Assembly: GCF_001194135.2 (NCBI RefSeq)
Contig: NC_068999.1
Coordinates: forward strand, 32,392,693-32,456,692
DNA length: 64,000 bases
Direction: 5' to 3'
Origin: Octopus bimaculoides
Lineage: Eukaryota
In this document: positions 1-10,240 of the stretch, one piece after another
Layout of the letters: each line of letters begins with the position of its first letter
How positions within the stretch are numbered: position 1 is the first letter of the stretch
Notes under the pieces: model-generated
Told to the model about the DNA's origin: nothing
Database searches by the model: none
The model's input: only the letters and a program-made list of their open reading frames with translations
Made by a program: the position numbers and the translations under genes

Positions 1-478
1 CTCTCTTGCTTCTGTGGCATGGTGCAGAGTCCTGTTGCCAGACATAGGGTCTTCCAGCAGCCACCCTGTTGACCCAGGGCAGCACTACCTCCTCCAGGCA
101 CTTGATGTAGGTCTCTGTGTTGAGTCTGAGACTGTGTAGGAAGATGAATGGAGGCATAACATCGCCATCACTAGTGATCACTCCAAACACCATGATGTTG
201 ACTGGATGTTTGATTTTTATCACTCTCAGTACATGTCCTCAGATTGACACCCAAACACTCTGAAATGTTCAAATTGAATCCTCCAGCGTGAATGCCAAGC
301 AGTACAGCATGTCATTTCCAAATTTCTGGCAGAGTGAATTGCGTCACAGTGCTGTTTTTCTCACAGACGGTGCCCAACCGACCCTACCATACTGTGTAGT
401 CGACAAAATCAAAAACGAACAATGCGCATGCGCGAAATTAAGACTATAAAATGGTGACAATTTACCTGTCGCACTCTG
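1..478 (-). mobile_element. Internally deleted Tc1/mariner (maT/DD37D-like) DNA transposon, truncated by the window edge
   Basis: Minus strand 1-229 translates stop-free as ...IKHPVNIMVFGVITSDGDVMPPFIFLHSLRLNTETYIKCLEEVVLPWVNRVAAGRPYVWQQDSAPCHRSKR (DDD catalytic region). About 235-345 gives TQFTLPEIWK*HAVLLGIHAGGFNLNISECLGVNLRT (N-terminal HTH-like region, with one CGA>TGA-type stop). The terminus reads TA|CAGAGTGCGACAGG with TA at 479-480. Confidence 0.85.
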
Positions 479-530
479 TATAAGTATGTATGTATGCATG
501 CATGCATGTATGTATGCATGTATCTATATA

Positions 531-745
531 TGTGTCTCTTTGAGCCTTTGTTCCCCCACTACCTCTTGACAACCAGTGTTGGTATGTTTACGTTCCCGTA
601 ACAACAGCGGTTTGGCAAAAGATTTCGATGGAATACATATTAGGTTTTAAAAAAAGTCCGGGAGTTGATTTGTTCAACTAAAACCCTTCAATGAGGTGCC
701 CCAGCATGGCTACTGTCTATTGATTGAAACAAGCAAAAGATAATA
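531..745 (+). mobile_element. SINE family A, 3' half
   Basis: Contains cttgacaacc...ggtgccccagcatggc...gaaacaagcaaaagataa, homologous to the 3' half of the copy at 32136-32533. Confidence 0.75.
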
Positions 746-1204
746 CCTCAAATGCTCTCAACCAAAACAACTATTAAAAACTGCAACCCACACCACAATC
801 ATACTGCACCCCAACCACCACCATATCACATCTACCGTCAGACTAAAAATGCTACTACTACTACAAGCACTACCACTACCACCACTATGCTACTACCACC
901 ATTTTTACCCTCCCTACATCAGCACGACAGCATCACCAATACCACCGTTATCACCATGGCCATAATAACAACTGTTACCACCACCGCCGCCAACAACAAC
1001 AACAATAGTCGCAACGCAGCCGTCAGTCACTAAGTCACTAACCGTCAGGTGTGATAATACAAAAGGTTGGCGCGCATCGGCAACCTGTTGTATTTTCAAC
1101 TACACAAGTTCTAGACTTTTTCTCACACTTGATATTTCACTCGAAGCCTATTTTTGTTTCTACTTCGTGTATGACCGTTGCAGTTAATTAATAAATACAT
1201 ACAG

Positions 1205-1436
1205 ATATATATACATACATATTTATAAATAGATGAGTGTGTGTGTGTGTGTGCGTGTGTGTGCGTATGTGCGTGTGTAATTATGTATGTAGTTATGTGT
1301 GTATATGGTTGTGGAACATTTCTAAATATGACTGCTATAAACAAATACAAAAGACCAGATGTATGTATATATATATATATATATACACACATACACACGC
1401 ACATACATACATCTTACATGCACATGCACATACCTG

Positions 1437-1472
<36 letters not shown>

Positions 1473-1592
1473 TACATACATACATATATAATTATATATA
1501 TATATATATATACACATATATACATGGACAGCCATGTTGAAGTGGCTATAAATATTACATACACACACACACACACACACATNNNNNNNNNN

Positions 1593-1624
<32 letters not shown>

Positions 1625-1914
1625 AACACACACACAGATAGAAACATACATACATAGATACGTGCAACATACATACTCTTTCTCTCTTTCCTTTCTCTAC
1701 AATATATACGTACACATTCATACATATATATCTTTTTACTTTTTCGTTGGAATTTTAGTTGCACTAATCAACTCCAGTACTTATTTTCTTTTTAGCCCTG
1801 GTACTTATTCTCTCAGTATCTTTTACCGAACCATTAAGTTACAGGGATGTAAATACACCAGCTCCAGTTGTCAAAAAGTGATGGATCAAACAAAGGCACA
1901 CATTTATATATGTG

Positions 1915-1964
<50 letters not shown>

Positions 1965-2125
1965 GATAGATAGAGTGATAAATACGTGCATACAGACTCT
2001 TTCTCTCTTTCCTCTCTCTANNNNNNNNNNGTAAATACACCAGCTCCAGTTGTCAAAAAGTGATGGATCAAACAAAGGCACACATTTATATATGTGTATA
2101 TGTATATATATATATATATATATCA
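1205..2125. repeat. (TG)n/(TA)n/(CA)n microsatellite patch with two 10-N gaps and SINE A 3' fragments
   Basis: Dinucleotide arrays are directly visible. N runs lie at 1583-1592 and 2021-2030. Confidence 0.9.
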
Positions 2126-2175
2126 TTGTCATCATTATCTGTTTTACATGCATCTAAGCCCAGCAGAAGTGAAGG

Positions 2176-2465
2176 CACATGGCTCAGTAGTAAGGATATT
2201 CATGAGTTTGATTACCAGCGGCACATTGAGTCCTTGAGCAAGACACTTCATTTCCCATTGCTTCAGTCCACTCAGCTGGCAAAAATGAGTAGTGCCCACA
2301 TTTCAAATAGCCAGCCTTGTCACACTCTGTGTCACGCCAAATTTCCCTGAGAACTACAATAAGGGTACATGTGTCTGTGGAGAGCTCAGCCACTTGCACA
2401 TTAATTTTATGAGCAGGCTGTTCTGTTGATCGGATCAAAGGGAACCCTCATTGTCATAACCAACT
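2176..2465 (+). mobile_element. tRNA-derived SINE, family E
   Basis: A-box-like tggctcagtag, B-box-like gagtttgattacc, then gtccttgagcaagacactt...cagtccactcagctggcaaaaatgagtag. A related head lies on the minus strand at 3850-4085. Confidence 0.65.
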
Positions 2466-2666
2466 GAATTTTAGTAAACCCGGTAGAGCCTCTCTAACAG
2501 AGTGTGCCACCATTTGTTGCATTCCCTGCTCTTTGTATCCATAAAGCACTTAGCTCTATGGACAACTCATCAGACTCTAATGACAAAGGGCATATAACCC
2601 TTCTTCAGATGTTACTGCTCTATACTTTAGACTGTGCTTCTTTTTTGGATATATGATCCACTGACA

Positions 2667-2699
<33 letters not shown>

Positions 2700-3407
2700 A
2701 AATACAAAATGGGACAAAAAAACAAAACATCCGGACAGTTAGGTGATACAAAAATGGGACAACAAAACATCCAAATAGACAATAGAAAGAAAACAAAGAC
2801 AGATCATTCGAAGTTTTCTTTCCTCAGTCGAGTACCAGATTATCTTTGCAATTTCGGCTGATATATATATATACACGCATGCACACACACACAAGTTTGA
2901 ATCAAGGTACCTTAACATTGAACAGACCAAGCAAAGATCAAGATCTGCATGTCTGTGTATATATCACATACAAACATACCTGTATATATCCATGGATATA
3001 TGGGCATATTCATACACTTACACATGTATGTACATGTACACACACAAACATATGCATACATAAAGATATACATGTATATAAAAGTATATAGCCATGCATA
3101 CTGTCTTGCAGTTTCACAATCCAGTGTAAGTACAAGATCCAGCATAGGGAAGGTTCCTGGAATGTTGCTTATAAATGAATCAAAGATTCACTACAGCTGT
3201 TTCAGACACATTTTTGTTGATGAATAATTCAATCACATCATGAAACAACCGTTTATCTTCAGGTGGACTAAAAATTTTTAATTTGGTTTGGAGAAAAATA
3301 AACCAAGATGTGGCAACCTTCTCATGTTGACAACATGGTATTTTTTTAATGCATGCCAGTGTGTGTATCTATATCTATATCTATATCTATATACATACAT
3401 ACATACA

Positions 3408-3441
<34 letters not shown>

Positions 3442-3509
3442 CATACATACTTATACCACAGAAATTTTTGGCATAATATTGTACTTAAGAAGAAGACCCA
3501 TCAAGCTGA

Positions 3510-3785
3510 GCAAAATCAGTCGTGGCAGATACTGGTGTCATGCAAATTGGCACTCATGCAAGTGGCATGTAAAAGCACCCCAGTGTCATGCAAATGGCAC
3601 CCATGCTGGTGACACGTAAAAGCACCCATTACACTCTTGAACTTTTGGCTTTAGGAAGGGTATCCAGCCATAGAAAACCATGCCAAATCAGACTGGAGTA
3701 TGTTGCAGCCTTCCAGCGTGCCAACCCAGTCAAACAGTCCAACCCATGCTAGCATGGTCAACGGACGTTAAATGATGATGATGTT
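3510..3785 (+). mobile_element. RTE LINE 3' UTR fragment with (GAT)n tail
   Basis: Reads gacacgtaaaagcaccc...ttaggaagggtatccagc...cccatgctagcatgg...ggacgttaaatgatgatgat, the same as the 3' end of the RTE at 34195-35094. Confidence 0.85.
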
Positions 3786-3849
3786 GATCACGAAATTTTC
3801 CATTGTTGACCACGTATGAGGATACTGCAATTTTTTTGCTGAACAACCA

Positions 3850-4085
3850 CACAGATGATTTGTTTATAGTGATCAAATGTTTGTGTTCACATAAGCTCAC
3901 TCCCTCTATCAAATTGACAATACCTATGCAGGTGCACAATATGCCACATGCCAGATAACGAGATGATCACAGAGCAATGTCAAATGAAGCTCAAGAACAC
4001 AATGCAATGCCTGGTCTGGGAATCGAAACCACTGTTTCACAATTGTGAGTGCAACACCCTGACCACTAAGCCATACACCTTCACA
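3850..4085 (-). mobile_element. tRNA-derived SINE related to family E
   Basis: The reverse complement reads tggcttagtggtcagggtgttgcactc...gtttcgattccc (A and B boxes), followed by gtgttcttgagc. Confidence 0.6.
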
Positions 4086-4745
4086 CAGTCACACACACAC
4101 ACACTCATATACACATGTGTATAATTACATACATGTGTGTGTATATGTATGTTTGTTTATTTGTTGGGGAGCATATGTGTGTTTGTATATATCTATGCGT
4201 TCATGTATGTGAGAATGTTTATATGTGCATGCGTGTATAAATGCATGTAAGTGTGACTAGCATGAGTGTATGTAAATATATGTTATCATAAATGTTCCAG
4301 TTTGATTGTTTTGGTTGTCTTGGGTTACTAGTAATTTCTCTTTTGGTGTCAGGACATTTGTCTTGACTACGCTACACTGATAACCTGTAATCAAGCTTCT
4401 CCCTCTCCTCCCTATTTCCTTCTCTTTGTCTTCTTCTCTCTCTTTCTGTCTGTCTGTCTGTCTGTCTCTCTCCTTCTTCTTCTTCTTATCTGTTTATAAA
4501 AATAATTTAATGTGACATTGTCTGCTGATAGTTTTATAACCCAAAGGCTTATGAAGTCTCTTTGTTAATGGAGAAATGAGAGTCAATCCACATTCTACAT
4601 TTTGGTGTTTTTTTTCTTTCTCCAAACCAAATTTTGCAGTTTTGGTTCACTTGAAGAAAATATTAACAGCTGTAGTAAACTTTTAGCTTATTTGTGTTCT
4701 TATTTTATATTTATATTTATATTTATATTTATATATATATATATA

Positions 4746-5310
4746 AGGTTGACTTGGCCTTAGTGTGCTAGGCACCAAGAGTGCTGGTAGCAACGTACAA
4801 GCCCGATGCTGCTGTCACTTATGGTAACCATGCCGCCAGGGCAGACAACCCCAGTACTACCTTGTTGTGGTGAGAGAGCTTACGCGCTTAGAGGGAGGGG
4901 CAACTTGTGATGGCTTGCCCAATTCATGCAGGTCCCTCCCATACGAGGGTAACCAAATATACCGAAACCGTCCCCTCAGCCACCATGAAGCTGGGGCTCA
5001 AGATGTCAGTGGATCATCCTGAGTCACGCGAAAGCTCACTCTGGAGGGTAGGCCACGGTTGGGGCTCCCCTTGGGTATGAGCCGATCAACTAGGTGTCGG
5101 CCCGTAACTTGTTGCCACGGATTCACAGCAGCATTGAACCCGGGACAGTACGGCTACCTGGCGGCCTCGGTGGCACAGCCCCACCCAAATATATCAGGCG
5201 TTTAGGTAAGGTCGTAATCAACATCTCTGTTACTACAGTGTAGCACAATGAAGTTCCCCCTGGATGGGTGGTTCGTCCATGAAAGCTGGAGGTCCCGCAA
5301 TTGTACATAG
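4746..5310. mobile_element. GC- and CpG-rich unclassified element, possibly the 5' UTR of a non-LTR retrotransposon
   Basis: Sharp GC-rich island in an AT-rich background with several short hairpins. The motif ctaccttgttgtggtgagagagctt (4858-4882) resembles 5' ends of RTE-clade LINEs as I recall them. No convincing ORF. Confidence 0.35.
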
Positions 5311-5344
5311 ACCCTCACATATATTATCATCATTTAACGCATAT

Positions 5345-5700
5345 CTTTTGTATCTTTTTGGAGAGGCCTTTCACATAGGGTAAACAGACTGTAAACAATT
5401 CATCCTCTCTTTCCTTCGTAATTGGAGTGGATAGTATGTTTTTGGGGTAGCCGTTGCTTAATAGATTGTTACTGAGCTTGATCATTTCTTCATGGTGTGT
5501 ATCAGGATCACTACTTATATTCTTTGCTTGATGTTTTAGGCACTGAGCAATCCCTCTCTTTACACAGGGAAGTGAAGCTGAGGTATCGTCCAGTGAAGAT
5601 CAGCTTGTGGTAGATGGATGTCCTGAATCCATACTTGGTGTGTGTCATTAATATGTCCAGGAATGCTGGCTGATTGTCTTTTTTTTTTTTCTATGAACAA
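5345..5700 (-). mobile_element. Penelope-like element (PLE) reverse transcriptase C-terminal/thumb fragment, frameshifted
   Basis: The minus strand reads DNQPAFLDILMTHTKYGFRTSIYHKLIFTGRYLSFTS and, after a frameshift, CVKRGIAQCLKHQAKNISSDPDTHHEEMIKLSNNLLSNGYPKNIL...VCLPYVKGLSKKIQKI. These match the PLE motifs FLD, T.VYRK.T.T..YL.F.S, NGYP and LPY..G.S. Confidence 0.85.
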
Positions 5701-5800
5701 AAGAGATGAAACCAATAAATCAATAAACAACAACAACAACAACAGCAACAACATCGAAAAATACCTTAGGAATGAGAACTCAGGTTCGAAATTTCCCCAA

Positions 5801-5846
5801 GACACCTGATGAAGGCTGGAGGGTATATCAGCCGAAACGTTGTGTT
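5801..5846 (+). ncRNA. Minimal type I hammerhead ribozyme motif (PLE-type)
   Basis: Stem I GACAC 5801-5805 pairs with GTGTT 5842-5846. Core CTGATGA 5806-5812, extra A 5813, stem II GGCTG 5814-5818 / CAGCC 5829-5833, GAAA 5834-5837, palindromic ACGT in place of stem III, GUU triplet with predicted cleavage after 5841. Confidence 0.75.
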
Positions 5847-5917
5847 AACATACAAGATGAGGACAAATGTCCGTCAAATGTAAATAATGCAAAGAATGTA
5901 TATATATATATATATAT

Positions 5918-7116
5918 AAAACTTACTTGGAAAAGGACGCGTGGCATTCAATCATATAACAATATAAATTATATATATATATATATATATATGCATATAT
6001 ACATATGTATACGTACATACTTACATGTATACATATGCATATGTGGGCACAGGACGTCACAAAACATAAACAACAAAAAATACGAAGTACAAGGACATGG
6101 AATATGAACTTTCTTTTGCGAACAACAAAAGAAACAAATGGAAAACAAGACAAACAACACAAAGAACGTCTCTTCATCAGTCGTCAGCTGTTTTTCTAAT
6201 CCGTATTTCAAGCATTCAAGTTGCTCCCGCAAAGCAAATTAAATAAATTTTGGGATTTTGCGGAGGGTTAAAACTGGTGACAAAAACAGGACAGTGAAAA
6301 CAAACAGGAAGTGCTGCTAAGCCTAAATGAGGTTGTGGTGGCGAACGTGAAGAAACAAGTTTGGACAGGTGACAGACAAGAATATGTCTTCCTTGTCCAA
6401 CTGCAACAGGAAGAAAGAATGAAACACAAGTTAGGAGAAGAAAGAAAAATGGCTGATGGTCATGTGGGAGCCACGTGAGCAAAGGTGGAAGAGTAAGGGA
6501 GAGAGAGTGACAGACAGTGAAGGGGAGAGGAAAAGATTTGGAGATAGGATAAGAGAGAAAAAAAAGAGGGAGAAGGGGAGGTAAAAGAGTAAGACAAATG
6601 ACGAGAGAAAACGAAAAAGTAAAAGGATAGAATAGTGGGAGAAGAGGAGGTAAAAGAATAAGAGAAAGGAAGGGAGAAAACGAAAAGAGTAAGAGGATAA
6701 AATAGTGGGAGAAGAGAAGGTAAAAGAATAAGAGAAAGGAAGAGAGAAAAGAAAGAGTAAAAGGATAAAGTAAAAGGATAGAATATTGGGAGAAGGGGAG
6801 GTAAAAGAATAAGAGAAAAGAAGGGAGAAAATGAAAGAATAAAAGGACAGAATAGTGGGAGAAGAGGAGATAGAAGAATGGAAGAGTGAAAAAAATGAAA
6901 GAGTAGAGAGTCGGATCAGAGTTATTAAGATAAAACTTACTTGGAAAAGGATGCGTGGCGGTCAGTCATATAATAATATAAATAATATATATATATGCAT
7001 ACGTATATGTACATACTTACATGTATACGTATGCATATGTGGGCACAGGACGTCACAAAATGTAAACAACAAAAAATACAAAGTACGAGGACATAAAATA
7101 TGAACTTCTTTTGCGA
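5918..7116 (-). mobile_element. Tandem pseudo-LTR-like repeats (5918-6121 and 6933-7116) separated by a consensus intron
   Basis: A ~190-200 bp direct repeat (aaaacttacttggaaaagg...aatatgaacttcttttgcga). On the minus strand there is a donor CAA|GTAAGT at 6940, branch point CCTAAC at 6435-6430, a polypyrimidine tract and TGCAG| at 6401. Confidence 0.55.
6560..6870. repeat. Polypurine minisatellite, ~70-80 bp unit, about 4 copies
   Basis: aatagtgggagaagaggaggtaaaagaataagagaaagg recurs at 6631, 6701, 6782 and 6851. Confidence 0.85.
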
Positions 7117-7169
7117 TACATATATATGATTATATTTATGTAGCTATCTATCTATATGTATGTATGTAT

Positions 7170-7201
<32 letters not shown>

Positions 7202-7213
7202 ATACATACATAC

Positions 7214-7259
<46 letters not shown>

Positions 7260-7279
7260 GTATGTATATGTATGTTATA

Positions 7280-7440
7280 CAAATATACAAAGAGCTTCTT
7301 TCAGTTTCCGTCTACCAAATCAATTCACAAGACTTTAGTCAGTCTGAAGTTATACTACTTACCCATGGTATCACACAGTGGGATTGAACCCTGAACTATG
7401 TGGTTGGGAAGCAAGCTTCTTACTACACAACCACACTTGT
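7280..7440 (-). mobile_element. SINE family A, head and body
   Basis: The reverse complement gives gtggttgtgtagtaagaagcttgcttcccaaccacatagttcagggttcaatccc (A/B boxes). Confidence 0.75.
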
Positions 7441-8269
7441 GACTATATATCATGCCTACACCTGTTTTTTAACCTATTAATAACTCGTTTCATTACTCAT
7501 AACAGGAATATAATCCTATTAATATCAGGTTCCTGATGAGGATGTTTCTCATTTTTAATTGCTAAAGTCCTGTGGTTTATCCTCAGGACTGGAAGCAGAT
7601 ACCTTTCCCAGAACCTTACAGCATGTGATTCTATCACTCCCTTGCACGTTGTCAATACTAGTGTGGTGGTGGTGGTTGTGGTGGTAGTGGTGGGCAATTA
7701 TATCTGTGGCTGATGTATCACCAATTGTAAGTAAAACACATTCTTCAATGTACTTCTTTCTAGACATATGGATGTTCAAGTATCTCGTGATCATTTGCAG
7801 TAAAACTGTGTTTTGGGTTGTTTCTGTTGATAAAGTGAATAAAAGAAAAATAAAAGAAAAAACGAAAATCCTATTGATAAAAATAAAGAACAAAAATCAA
7901 AAGCAAATTTATTTTATAGCAAGAGATGACACATGTCAGAAGAGTGAGAAAATATGGTCGTTTTCTCAGGTGTGTACACCAGGTAATAAATCAATGTTCA
8001 ACTTTTTCAATTTCTTCAACTTTACTGGAACATCCTTTGTCTTGTGTAGTCATTATTATTGCTGTTAACCATAATGCAATGAAAGCTTTAACTGATAATG
8101 GAATCCTAGTTGTGTTGCCGAATGGAATGGTTTATTCATTAAAGACCATTAAAAGACAATGCCGATAACATCAACACAGCTTAGTTTCACTTTTACAGAA
8201 ATTTATGAAACTAATATTCAATATGCTAAACAGTTGTACAAACAACAATTATTATTAGTTACACACAAT

Positions 8270-8722
8270 AAGCTGGCAACTTGACAGAATCGTTAGCATA
8301 CCAGGCAAAATGCTTAGTGGCATTTTGTCCGTCTTTTATATTCTGGGTTCAAATTCCACTGAGGTCATCCATGCTTTTAGGGTTGATAAAATGAGTACCA
8401 GTTGAGGAGTACTGGGATTGATGCATTTGACTTACTCCCTCTCTCAAAATTGATGGTCTTGTGCCAAAATTTGAAACTATTATTAATTTCACACAACAAA
8501 GCATCAAGCTGGCAGAATTGTTAGCATGTCAAGCAAAATGCTTAGAGGTGTTTCATCCATATTGACATTCTGAGTTCAAATTCTGCTGAGATTGATTTTG
8601 CCATTCATCCTTTCAGGGTCAATAAAATAAGTACCAGTGCCCAACTGGTACTTAATGTAATCGACTTACTTCCCTACCCTGAAATGGTTGACCGTGTACC
8701 AAAAATTTTGAAACCATTATTA
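8270..8722 (+). mobile_element. Two tandem tRNA-derived SINEs, family B
   Basis: Both copies have cagaat(c/t)gttagca...gttcaaattc...ttcatcc...gataaaatgagtaccag...gtgccaaaatttgaaac plus an (ATT)n tail. Confidence 0.85.
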
Positions 8723-9704
8723 GCCTCTGCTCCCATGTAACACTTAGAGTTTCTTATATATAAACATTTTATTTTAGAAACAATTTAAGTTTAGTGACTC
8801 CGAGGCTCTTCTTACATCGATATTTTTTCTTACTTGAAGATTCAACATTTTACATCCTTCACTAAATTAACTTCAGATGTCAAACCTACTCTAGATATTC
8901 TCTGGATGAATGCTTACTCATAAGACAAGTGATACCTGCTCAATGAAGACATAGAACTGAATTACTCATTGTGGAGGAGAGGTCAGGTTGTAGCAATAAA
9001 AGACAAAAATCATTTAAATGATGCCTTATCATTGATTTCTCAACTATTGTCAAAATTAACAGTCTTCTTGACACTTTTCTGTGACTCTCATTGTTGAATT
9101 AATACATCCTGTATCACAGGATGTATTATAGTTAATTTAAAAAGTGAGAATTACTTATAAAAAGGATTTTCAGTAAGCCTTATATATCTTTCTATTTCAT
9201 TGTTGAAAAAAAAACATGCAGTTTAGCTGCCAAATTTCAGGATTGTTGCAATTACATAGAAGAAAAGAGTTTTTTGAGCTTCTTGTGTTTATACTAGATA
9301 TAAAAGCAGAGAATTTTTTTTTAAGGCAACTGTGTCTCACCTTAATATTAATTATCTATGGACAAATTCAAAGTAATACTCAATACATATTACATAACCC
9401 AACTAAAGAGTTAATATATATTTATTTATATAAATGATCCAGTACAATTGAAAGTATTACCAAGTTTGATATCAGCTCTGTCTGTCTATCTATATAGACC
9501 ATAATATAATGGTATGTATGTATTTATGTGTTTTATGTTTTTGTGTTTGTATCTATACTGTTTGACAACTGGGGTTGATTTGTTTGACTAAACCATTTAA
9601 GGTGGTGCTCCAGCATGTTCACAGTCCAATGACTATAACAACTGAAAGAATATAATAAACACACATGTATGGTAAAACTTTGAAGTCATATTTTCTTTCA
9701 AATA

Positions 9705-10240
9705 TCTTGTCAAACAGGAGTGGAACTCTTGATAGCAATAATGCAAACAGATATCAGAACTCATGGGTAACTTTTAGAAAAATTAGTCTTCACAATAGTC
9801 CACAGGATATATGAAAAAAAAAGATGTCTAATTTTGAAATGTGTATTTTGTTTGTCACATAGTTGTGAAACATGGTCATTATATTGGACACATGCCAAAC
9901 AGTTAGAGTGTTTTCACTAAAAGCATCTTTGATAAATCTTGGGGACACAATGTGAGTAATGTTGAATCCTTGGAGTTAGCAAATGTTGTAAGCATAGGGG
10001 CTCTCTTGTGACATAGCAAACTGAGGTAAGCAGGCCATACAATTTGTATGGAAGATAGGAGAATTCCAAAGTACCTATTCTATGCAGAACAATGTTCTGA
10101 GAAAAGACCTGACACACCAAAATTAAGACTGAAGGACTGTTATAAATCTGATCTGAAGAAAAAAAAAAAACTAGAAATAATTGCAATTGGTAGGGCTACT
10201 GAAGAAAAATAATGTATGCACTGCAGAGATTATATGGAAA
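9705..10240 (+). mobile_element. Degenerate RTE (BovB-like) LINE ORF C-terminal fragment
   Basis: Reads HSCETWSLYWTHAKQLECFH*KHL and HNVSNVESLELANVVSIGALL*HSKLR*AGHTICMEDRRIPKYLFYAEQ...PKLRLKDCYKSDLK, with stops and frameshifts. Confidence 0.8.

Noticed and set aside
1850-2122. Near-identical ~90-bp segments at 1850-1940 and 2031-2122
   Set aside because: They flank a 10-N gap, so they are most simply an unmerged contig overlap rather than a real duplication.
6150-6185. CTGATGA on the minus strand (6180-6174) in the PLE-like repeat
   Set aside because: No stem II or GAAA follows and stem I does not pair, so it is only a half core.
7530-7555. CTGATGAG at 7533
   Set aside because: There is no downstream GAAA with a compatible stem.
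7555-9440. Several 70-120 aa ORFs and isolated splice-like signals at 7.5-9.4 kb
   Set aside because: I found no recognisable protein motif and no consistent exon chain, and such ORFs are expected by chance in AT-rich DNA.
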